In this document: positions 26,330 to 37,200 of the stretch, in pieces
Numbering within the stretch: the stretch's first letter is position 1
How the letters are laid out: the number at the start of each line of letters is the position of its first letter
NCBI GenBank assembly: GCA_002269645.1
Contig: NIVC01000254.1
Location: 1 to 64,000 of the forward strand
Length of the DNA stretch: 64,000 nucleotides
Direction of reading: 5' to 3'
DNA from: Macrostomum lignano
Lineage: Eukaryota
Made by a program: the position numbers and the translations under genes
Notes under the pieces: generated by a model
Databases searched by the model: none
What the model was told of the DNA's origin: nothing
What the model saw: only the letters and a program-made list of their open reading frames with translations

Positions 26330-29005
26330 ACTTATGCACGGCCCTTGGCCTTCAAATCGGGTGCCTCCTTCCGGCGGTGTAAAGGCCATGGGTCAACGGG
26401 TGCCGCCAGCCTTCTGGCAAAGTGCGGCAGCTAAAATGGCAACCCAACCAGGTCGGCGCACTCCTGAAGCTTCCGAGCGTCGACTGCGCAGATACAACGC
26501 CAGGTGCAAGGAGCTTCATTCGACTCCTCGCTCGCCGAGCACGCCGAGACCGCAAGGCCTCGCGGCCTACCAGGACGGAGGTTAGGGCCATGCAGGTCAA
26601 CTTGATCCTACCAGGCTCGCACTCGGAATTCACACCTTTACGATTGAGGTGAAAGAGCCCCAGGAACCCCAGGGAGTAGCAACTCAATCTGCCTCTGCCA
26701 CCAGAGCCGCTATTCAAAATGATGTGGCCGCATGCCACCGTCTCGGCACCTTCAATGCCCGGACCCTTAAAGACTCTGGAGGGTCGCCGAACTATGCACG
26801 CTCGCTTCGGCGCTTAGTATCGCAGTTCTCGCTGTTCAGGAGCCCGAGTCAGCATCGACGAAACTGATGTCGGAGCTGGATGGCAGTTCAGGGCCACTCC
26901 AGCCGACTGCATGGGGGATGGGGAATAGGCTTTCTTCTGTCTCGCGCTGCCATTGCTGCCCTTCTCGACATCAGCTTCATCAACGACCGAATAGGCCGTG
27001 AGACCTTTGCCTTGAAAGACCACCAACTGAATCTCATCTGTGCGTACGCACCGACTAGTCAACTGCATACGAGTGAAGACAGCGAGGCCACTGTCGATCT
27101 CTACAGAACCCTGAGACAGATCTGCAGCTCTCTAGCAGCCCCCGACGCGCTCTTCATTATGAGAGATTTCAACGCTTCCCTCACGGCTGACGGTGAGCTG
27201 GTCAAGAGCAGATGTGGATTTCTGAATGCCAACTCTCCTTTCCTGACCGACTTCATCTCCTCGGGTCTCCTGATTTCTCTTAATGGCTATTTCGGCAGTG
27301 TTCTGCTAAGCTGCCCACTTTTTATGGTACCAGCGGGCGTGTCTCTCGCCTTGACTGGCTGCTTTGCCCGAAGCACAAAAAGCACATTGCCAAGAGGGTG
27401 ATCAACATTAGGCCCAAGTGTATTCCGTCCGACCACTCTGTAATCGCCTGTGACGTAAACTTCCTCTCGCACACCTACAAAAAGCAACCCCCCTTTTCCT
27501 CTCTGGGCAGATCTTTGCAACCAAGATACGAGGACCAATTTTGTTTAAAGCCTCCTAAATCCTGACTGTTCTGACGACTCCGCCGACGCCTTCGCCTGCG
27601 CCGTCGCATCTGCCGCCGCGGTGCTGCCAAAACGCACCCTGCACCGGCCTAAGGCGATGTGGGACTCCGATCTAGCTACAAGTGAAACTGGCGAGGAGAA
27701 GCCTGCAGAAGGACATCGCCCGTTTCGGTCACGACAGTCCTGCTGCCGACGACGCTCGTGAAAACCTCACTCGCACCCACTCTGATGGCACAAGACACTT
27801 CATTGAGGAGGTTGTCATGGAAATCAGGGACACGGCTGACAACTGCAGACACACAGAGCCGTCTGAAGAGCCATCAATAAACTGACTGGGCGAAAAACGA
27901 GGCAGTGCACTGTCGTCAGCGCCGACTCTGTCGAGGACAAGAAGGCTAAGCTCGTGGAGCACTACCGGCGTGTGCTCAACGCCCCTGCCCCAACCTCGGC
28001 GCTCCTGCATGTGCCTGGCTTCTCCCCTGCTCGCAGTGAACACTTCAAAACCAGTCCTATCACGAACTACAGTCCTGTCACCGCCCTCAAAAGCCTGAAG
28101 CCTGATGCTGCTCCTGGTGTCGATGGAGTCCCTCGCCAGGACTCTCAGACTCCCAGAGCTCAACTCGACCATCACCACGCTCCTCAATAAATATTCCGTT
28201 CTTGGAGGCGATGACTGCGTCGAAGCCCCATCCATCTGGCGCACCTCCAAGATTATCTCAATCCCAAAAAGCGCCTGTCCATCAGCTTGGACAACCAAAG
28301 AGACATCGCACCCCGAGTGCGTCAATTCAATCCTGAGTAACAGACAGCTGCCGATCATCAATACGCTTCTGCTGGACGCTCAAAGTGGTTTGCGTCCAAG
28401 CAGATCTACCGTCGAGCAGATCGCTACTGCCCGCAGCATCTTCGAGTCCTGCGTGACGCGGCAGAAGTCGGTGACCCTCGTGTTCGTCGACTTCGCAAAG
28501 CCTTCGACTCGATCGTACACTCTGCCATTGGATGGCTCCTCTCCTACTACGGTATTCCGCCGATTCTGGTGACGGCCATAATCGACCTCTACTTTGACAC
28601 CCGCGGTTTTGTCGAGATGAAGAAAGATGTCACCGAGGCCTTCACTACCAGTTCCGGCGTCCTGCAAGGGAACACTCTGGCCCCTTTCATCTCTATCATT
28701 ATCATCGACTATGTCCCGCGCCGCACCCTCTCTCAAGACGATGGCTTCGTTGTCGCGTTACCCTGAGATCACGCTGGCTGCCCTCGCTTTTGCGACGACA
28801 TTGCCCTGGTGTGCAGAGACCCCTCCACCGCTCAATTATGCCTTAACAGGATCTGCGAGGAAGGCTCCAGAGTCGGCCTCGAAGTGAACGCCCACAAGAC
28901 CGAGGTGCTCCGATCCACGTCGGCATCAGCGACCTACCTGCTCTCACCCTCCCAAACGGCGACAAAATCTCTTCCTGCTCGGATTTTCGCTACCTCGTCT
29001 GGCTG
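26330..29005 (+). mobile_element. RTE-like non-LTR retrotransposon (APE + RT), frameshifted; 5' end present, 3' end missing
   Basis: APE motifs GTFNARTL, GIGFLLS, LICAYAPT, DFNA, SDH. RT motifs APGVDG, QSGLRPSRSTVEQI, LVFVDFAK, GVLQGNTLAPF, DDIALV, GLEVNAHKTEVL; last recognisable motif DFRYL at ~28983-28997. Clade assignment is tentative. Confidence 0.88.
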
Positions 29006-29039
29006 GTGGTCGCTGGCTGGTGGTTTCTATCTAAAGAAA

Positions 29040-32000
29040 ATGTCAGTTTCATCTTTCCGCTACGCTTGCATTTACGCATTGATTGCCTTTGTTCTGTGCT
29101 TCAATCATTGGACTTCAGTTACCGGTAAGACGACTTTTATAAGCTACATGTAAAACAAAATTTTATGAAATAATGAATTAAAAATTTTTTTTCAGATGCA
29201 TGCTCAGGCTATAAATAGTCCAAAGTTCAGGAGTCATTGCGTGTCGGGCAGAAGACTCAGGAAGCAGCGTCTATCCTAGCTCCCTAGATGTTGGTTGGTT
29301 AATTCCACTGAGTTCTATAAAAATTAGATTTACGAAGCTGCAGATTCGCGAGTGCTGCGACATGATTCAAATCTACGAGTGGGCGCCATCGAGCGGCTTG
29401 CAGCAGGAAAAATTCAGGCTCACTGGGTCAGATGCGATCAGATCTGAGTATTTGCTGCTAAATGGTCCTGTGCGGGTGACGTTTCGAGCAACTGGTGGAG
29501 GCTCTGCCGTTGAAGGCGGATTTCGACTTATTTACGAGACTGACTACTCTTGTCTCTGGTAATGCTTAAAATTTTATCAAGTACGACTTTAGTAGAAGAA
29601 CGGGAAACTTAGTTTTTAACAAAAAAAATATTTCTGGTTTGCGTGAAAAACACACTAAGGTGATAGGAGCTTTTCATTTTTCGGCACGAAAACAGCATGC
29701 TCATTTAATTGATGGGGTTAGATATAGGTTCAAGTCCTTCTACGTACGGCGTACATGTATATTCAAGTATCCTTTTATTGCATCCAATTTGTTGTAACCG
29801 CCTGAGATTTACAGAATGAAAACATCGATAATATTTATTGTAGAAGCATCGCAAATTGTAAGCCAAAAGAGTGGTGTGAGATTCAGTCATCCTGGCTTTC
29901 CGAAGACGTATCCAACAGATTACATAAAAAGCTGGAGCTTCGATGTTCCCCGAAACTACAATCTGACGATAAGATTTGCAAACTTTTTTACTTATTCTGG
30001 AAATGACATTCTCAGCGTTTTCTATAGTCTAACAAAAGGAAATGACGCGCTGTATCAGTATTCTGGCAGTATAGGGCTTTTCGAGCTTCAATTCCGGCAC
30101 AGTGTGACTCTAACTTTCCGATCACAAAGTAACAACCCTGGCTACCATGGCTTCAGATTTTTATTCAACGTCACCGATACAAAATGTACCAGGTTTACTT
30201 AAGTTTATTCAAGTTTTTAGCTCAATTCAAGTTCAATTTAAACTCAATTTAAATAATGAACCATATTTCAGCCACATGTACAGGCAGAAATCTTTACTCC
30301 ACTTCTAGAGTTATTTCTTGCTTTGATGACTACATGTACTCGAACAGCACTACTGATTCAAGAAACTTGGATGTCCGATGGCCAATTCATTTGAACGACT
30401 ATAATATATCAATTCAATTTACTCAGCTAAAAGTTGAAGACTGCTACGACAGCATCCGCATCTACGAGGGAACCAATTTAATCAGTTCTGACAAGGAGAA
30501 GTTCAGGCTAAGCAGCAGGTCGGAGGCGCTGAATTCTGAATTCCGATTGAACGGCCCCATTCTGGTGAGATTCGTCACCGGCAGTTTGATCGCCGCTAGA
30601 GGTTTTAGATTTAGTTACGGGATGATATTACATCCGGTTTCAGGTAAATCATCTGTTGCACAATGCTTTAATTTTCATTAGAGGCAGGGGGCTGCGTGCA
30701 CTTAAGAGACATTGTCATATAACCGGCGAGAGGCATTACTGCCCATTCCGCCGACTCCCCTGAGCAGGCACACAAGCGCGCGGATACGTACGCAGTCATA
30801 CGCACAGGCATTCACACACATTATTTATCGTTAGGCATGTACACTTCAATGTCTTAGGGGTTGACCATCAAGGCCATTAATCGCACGAACAGAGCCAAGC
30901 CGAGGTTCCAATTTAGCCCCAAATTGATGTGACTGCACTTGGAATCGAGCCTGGGCCGCTGGCACATCAGGGAACAACAAGGCTACGACCCATATTAAAC
31001 CATACGATGAAATTCAACCATAAGCATTTTCTGTTCGACCAATGATACTGTATTCAAAATAAAATTTACACTTTCTTAGAATCAACGGAAATTTTGCGAC
31101 AGCGTAGCGGTGTTCGAACCAGCCATCCTGGGTTTTCAAGCCATAATCATCCGGCCAAATACAAAATTACTTGGAGCTTCGATATCCCAGAAGGCTACAT
31201 TTTAACAATAAAATGCACATATTTTATTACACATGACTCCGACTACTTGCGCTTCTACCAGGGCATCGTGCCGATTAATAAATGTCAAGTCCTATATCAC
31301 TATTCTGGAAGCATTCCAAAGGAATTACAGCTTCAGTTTGCTCGCAACTTGACCCTCGTTTTTCAAGCCATTAGAGGTGCGAATCCAGGCTTCAGATTTG
31401 AGTTTACGGTTTCTAAAACAAGTAGGTAGTTTATTAATTTCACATTACAAATTTGTTCCTTTATGTATTTTATCTGATCCCGAATGAATGCAAATTGAGA
31501 GATTTCATCCTGAGCTGTGGTCTCTAACTGGAGTAGTTCATTTTCGAGCAGTGTTTGAGTTTAGGCTGCTCCCATGTGAGGCACAATTGTTGGCTGAGAA
31601 GCATTGATAACGTCAGCACTCTCGCGTGCCCGATTAAACGGGTGAGGACCACTAGGACTTACCGGTGTACGATAGTAACTTTTAGTAGTCCTTGATTATA
31701 TTTTAGACGATGCTAAATATAGCTTACTGCTAAAAACCTTCGAAACTCATCAGCAGATGATGGAAAACACCATCACCGACTCCAAGTGTCTTGGCACAGC
31801 AATTTCACAGTTCTCGGGGGCGGCTCAGCCATCGCTCATTGGACGGTCGGTCATTGAATGCTGACTGCTGAATGGCAGTACTGCTGTGCTACAGTTGCAC
31901 CTGCCGAATCTTAATTGGTTCGTTTTTTGTGTTCTGTAGACATTCATGTACTGTAAGTTTTGTACTTCAGCCATTTCCCAATCATATCTGCAGGCTTCAG

Positions 32001-32329
32001 GCTTGCTAAAGTCTGGGAGAGGCCGCTGCTTGTAGATTCCCTAGCAACTGCCGTCGTGGCTCTGGTCGTTCTCACCGGTGTCGCCTGCGCGCTCATCAAA
32101 ACCGTCAGGAGATCATCGACGGAGCGGCCGGCAGCTGCGATGCAGCAGCCCTTGATGATGCAACCAGTTTGTAACGAGTACCATAGCGATACTACTGTGG
32201 TGAGTAGCTGATTAATAGTAAAATATTAAGTATTGTTTTAATGCCGTAACAGAAGAACTAACAAAAGATTACTATCTCTCATTGCAGCGCCACTATGCCA
32301 CCGGAGTTTTCACCAAAAATGGCCAGTAG
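29040..32329 (+). pseudogene. CUB-domain membrane receptor paralog 1, pseudogene (SP, 4 CUB, one two-exon domain, TM, tail)
   Basis: Exons 29040-29124, 29196-29558, 29844-~30192, 30272-30643, 31080-31421, ~31474-31650, ~31760-31910, 31994-32199, 32288-32329. Lesions: frameshift near 29214 giving TAG, apparent indels near 29551, 30183 and 31560, acceptor AG>AT at 31472-73, in-frame TGA at 31485 and 31862. Confidence 0.85.
30712..30991 (-). mobile_element. tRNA-derived SINE, same family as 51359-51650
   Basis: The reverse complement gives A-box-like GTAGCC and B-box-like GGCTCGATTCC, then AAGTGCAGTCACAT..GCTCAGGGGAGTCG shared with the 51-kb copy. Confidence 0.75.
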
Positions 32330-33560
32330 AACAGAATTAAAATGTAAAACTCAATTTTTCAACAGAGAGCTGCGTGTTTGTTGAGTATCAAGATAAGAAA
32401 CTTTGAACTTCAAACGAATAAGGACTTCAGAAAAAACGGGACTTCCCAGTATTAAGGTTAGTATATTTTTTCTGCTTGAAATCAGTAAGCTGTGCTGTAT
32501 TTAGTTGCTGTTTTAGTCATCTTTTGTTCTTATGTTTCACTTTTTGAGATATTCGATCCGTTTTGTTAGATTCTAGCTGTCACTGCAATCCTCTTATGTT
32601 TTATGTGATGGCTGCATGGGTTACATGTTATTTCTGACAGAACCGTAAAAAAGTTTATCTTATTAGTTAACTAATCAAGAAAATACCAAGATTTCAACGT
32701 TTATTTATTCATGCCTAAATATAATTTTGACATCTTGGGTGACACTACATGCATCAATTGTTATTTGTAACTTTTCGCAATTAAAAGTTTACACTACGAC
32801 TGATATGGTAGTCTAGCCTAAAGTCACCTAGAGGCTGAAATTTCTTAGAAAAAAAATTATGCACCATACCTTGGTCGCTGAGTGTACAGGCTGAAGGCTT
32901 TAGGCAACGAAAATGGAATGGAAAGACAGACGAGGAAAGATAAACAGACGGTGCTTTTATATGTCGCGCATGCAAAAATTCTGCATCCAAACGGTTTTTC
33001 ATATATTAAAGAAATAACATATATACAAAAACATATTATATACATATTAAAGGGGTATTTCCGTGAAGACATCTTAAGGTATAAAACGAAAACTTCCAAA
33101 TTCGAGCGGTTCAAAATTGTGAGTGAACTCTTTCCTAACTCAAACATTTTTGAAACCTTGCACTTGCATGGACCTTTGGTCATATTCAAAAAAACTGAAA
33201 ATGTGTTGTCTGTCTCAGTTGGTAGATACGCTTTGTATATGTTGAGCTTGTATACGGCTCAACCGCTTTTTACAAAACTTTGTAGCGTTTGTCAAACATT
33301 TTTACTGCTTTCCATAAAACACCATGGATTAAGAAATAAAAAATTTACCAGTTAATTATTTCAATTAGCATCTTTGGCTTTTTGTAAGAGTGTAGCAGCC
33401 CAAATCAACTTTCACTTCACCATGTTTTGATAGCAAATTATGCAGATTTATGATTTTTTCTCCATAATTGATAACCGAAAGCACCAGAAAATGCCTTAAT
33501 TGGTAGTATTTGACATGCAGTGTTGAGACACTGTGTCTTGAGAGGAATTTCGCTAATAAG

Positions 33561-33938
33561 TGTTGTGACTGTGAGCGAGGAGTGACACGTTAGAGCCCTC
33601 TAGGCTTGATACCCTGTCTGCTGCGTACCCAGTGCACCCATGCCCCCTTTCCCAAGCACAGACAGCATGACTAAGCTGTCTCATCCCCGGCCTCCCCACC
33701 CTACAGTTTGTGTGTGAGTAATGTCTATGTGCCGGTATCTTACCCGGTCTCTCCTGTGAGCCAATCTAAGGCCCCGTGTTGAGGTGGTATGAGAAACTGT
33801 TTGGTTAAATACACAGGCCCGCTCAGATGAGGGGCTAAGCAGTTAAGAGTGCCAAGTGTGCTATAAATCTATCAGTCTGTACGCTCGTAAGACTTGCACT
33901 TCCTTGTCAGCCAGTGACACCACAGGGCAGTTGGAACA
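33561..33938. mobile_element. Solo LTR (378 bp)
   Basis: TGTT...AACA termini; 5-bp TSD ATAAG at 33556-33560 and 33939-33943; TATAAAT at 33862-33868. Confidence 0.78.
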
Positions 33939-34247
33939 ATAAGAGCTATGCTTCCTGGGCACACTCTGTCACTCTATTAAAAAATCCGAGAAAATTGGAA
34001 GCTTGAGTAAAAATTAGCAAAGCTATAAGCCACCACATTTGCGGCAAAGCTGCTTTGTAGTTGACAGATTTGGTTCAATGGAATAGCTCGTAAAAGTAAC
34101 AGTAACAGCAGGCTAAATTTGATGTCCTGTGTACTGGAGCTTAATTTATTTACTAGAAAGAAGATATGATATGACAAGGAATCTTGAAACCGCAGTTTTC
34201 AGGTTTCAGGACTCTGCTAACATATTCAGCTGAACCAACAGCCTGCG

Positions 34248-37200
34248 ATGAAAACATGCACTAGATTTTTTCGTTACTTTCAACTTGCTGTCTTTGGCCT
34301 GTTATTTTGGTTTTCTTCATCAGGTAGGTTTTATTCTATTTTGATTAGAATCAGAAAAACAAGTTTGCTCTCGCTAAAACGTCGGCTACTAAACAATGCA
34401 GAGTGCTGCTCCGGTGGGCGACTTTCCTCGTCATCTGGAACGATCGCGTGCCCCTCCTCTGGAGGCCAGTATTCAAACAATTTGGATGTTTCCTGGTTTA
34501 TTCAAGCACGTGGTGTCAGCCGAATCCGATTCAGCAAGCTGGATGTGGAGCCGTGCTGCGACAAAGTGCTCATTTATGAAAACGCAACCTCCACATCAAG
34601 CAGCTCAGAGAAGTTTCGACTTGTGCATGCGAACGCGACTGAGTCTGAGTTCTGGGTAAATGCGCCCTTTGTTGTGCGGTTCCAAAGCGACCACTCTGTC
34701 ACGAAATCCGGATTTCGGCTTTCTTACGAACGCCGGTCAGAATCGATTCCAGGTGAATTTTATGCGCAACGTTTATTGTAGCTAACACTCGAGTTGACTT
34801 TTACTGATTGATTTTTATCTCAGACTTCAGTTTCTATCTGTATGTCTATTGTCTAGGGTAATGACCTTTTATTTCTTTAAGAGCCGAATACATGTATTGC
34901 TTTTGTCAGCCTAACTGAGAATAAAGCCATCCAAAGTGAGAATCCTGCCTACGCTGACTGCGAAGGGCCTGGCTGCGTCCAGCCTTAGTGTATGGGCCAT
35001 AGACAATAAAGGACAAGCAAAGTGATAAAAAGCCATCCAATGTGAGAATCGATTGGTCTTTTAAAACTTTGCTTGTCCTTAATAGTCTATGGCTCATAGA
35101 CTAGGCTGGACGCAGCTAAGCCCTTCGTATTCAGCGTAGGCAGGATTCTCACATTGGATGGCTTTATTCTCAGTTAGGCTGACAAAACCAATACTACAGT
35201 AGCGCAAAGAGCAAGTTTCTGCGTGCGCTCGCTAGAGGCAAATATAAGCCGTGAACCGCGGTGCTACACCTTTTCACGTTCAATTTTGATCGAAGTCCAG
35301 TTCTAAAAAACTAGCGGAAATTCAATTCAGACTGGCGACAATTTTGTTTGTTGCTAAACCTTGCTTCGGTGGCAGAATGTTTTAAACTGGGGTTTGTTTC
35401 TATTGATTTTCCCTAAGCGTCGCCCCATTCTGAATTGTCTGAATTGAATTTCCGCTAGTTTTTTAGAACTGGACTTCGATCAAAATTGAACGTGAAAAGG
35501 TGTATAAACACAGCTTCTTCGACTTAGACTTTTATGTCCGATGATAACCTTAAGGCTGTAATCATTGTTGAAGTAGAATGTTATTTGTTTGTGGAGAAGA
35601 GGCGAAAGGGATAATACGCACCGGTTTTGCTGTGACCTTATAAGCACTGCGCGTTAACTATACTTTATTTTCCTAGTTGATTTCCTAGTCATTTCCTAGT
35701 CATTTTGATCTTAGTAACTCGCGCTCGCAAATACGCTGTACGTATTGCAATAAACAAAATTTAGTCAGCCATTGACGGCTTTTTAGAATTGAACTAAAAG
35801 TTCGTCTTCAACTCCAACACTACTTTCCATTGGCTAGAGTCTCTGGTTCGATCGTAAGTTAGTCTGTCCGGAGCCTTTCGTTGGCGGCTGCTTCTCCGAA
35901 GTCCGGTTACCTCAGATTCGCCTGAATCTGGTGTGATGTCCTGCTGAGGTCCCATTGATTACAACAATGGCTGTAATCATTGTTGAAGTAGAATGTTATT
36001 TGTTTGTGGAGAAGAGGCGAAAGGGATAATACGCACCGGTTTTGCTGTGACCTTATAAGCACTGCGCGTTAACTATACTTTATTTTCCTAGTTGATTTCC
36101 TAGTCATTTCCTAGTCATTTTGATCTTAGTAACTCGCGCTCGCAAATACGCTGTACGTATTGCAATAAACAAAATTTAGTCAGCCATTGACGGCTTTTTA
36201 GAATTGAACTAAAAGTTCGTCTTCAACTCCAACACTACTTTCCATTGGCTAGAGTCTCTGGTTCGATCGTAAGTTAGTCTGTCCGGAGCCTTTCGTTGGC
36301 GGCTGCTTCTCCGAAGTCCGGTTACCTCAGATTCGCCTGAATCTGGTGTGATGTCCTGCTGAGGTCCCTCAGGTGGGAACCTTGGCTTGGTCTGCTCTCG
36401 GTGGTAACGCCCAACTTTGCCTTCATCCAATTGGACGTCCACGATGGTCTTGCCTTCTTGGCCGATTACTTCTCCGGCCTTCCATTTAGCAATTTCATCT
36501 CGATAGGTCATCACCCATATCGGTTCTCTCGCTAGAGTGAGTGCCGTGGTACGAAGCGCATGTCCTCGCATAAGCTCGGCGGGTGACCTACCAGTTGCAG
36601 AGTGTTGGGAATTGCGATATTGCAGAAGGAAGCGATCCACTGACGCTTGCAGGTCAGCAGTTCCTGAGGCTCTCAAGTGATTTTTCAGATCGCATACGAA
36701 TCTCTCAGCCAAGCCGTTTGACTCGGATGGTAGGGTGGCGTAAGAAGGTGGCGACAATTGATTCCTTTTGTGCCATCCTTCGGACTCCTTAAAAGATGAA
36801 TTGTGGATCACTAGTGTGACTGGAACTCCTTCCTGTGCGAAAGTTCTGCGCAGTCGGTTGATTGTCTCAGTGCTGGTTGTGGACCTTGTCACGTGCACCT
36901 CAGCCCATTTGCTGTAAGCATCAATTATGACCAATAGGTAATTTTCACCTTCCACAGGTCCTGCGTAATCGATGTGCACTCGAGACCATTTTTCTATTTC
37001 TTCAGGCCAAGCGGTCCATTGCGCCGTAGATCCGTGGTCTTTTCCAGTTTGGCAAGCAGGCTTTTGAGTACAATGCAATATCTTTGTCAATTCCGGGCCA
37101 CCATGTACATTGCCTAGCAATTGACTTCATTTTCTCCGTGCCAATGTGCCCGTGGTGCAGCATTCGTAAAACATCTGGCCTGACAGCTTTCGGTATCACG

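Noticed and set aside
31738-31756. CTGATGA on the minus strand next to GAAAC
   Set aside because: No stem II followed by GAAA in the correct order; overlaps a splice acceptor region.
35579-36234. Two LTRs as the 5'/3' pair of a tiny LTR element
   Set aside because: The repeat includes host flank and the integrase tail, so it is a tandem duplication of one LTR.
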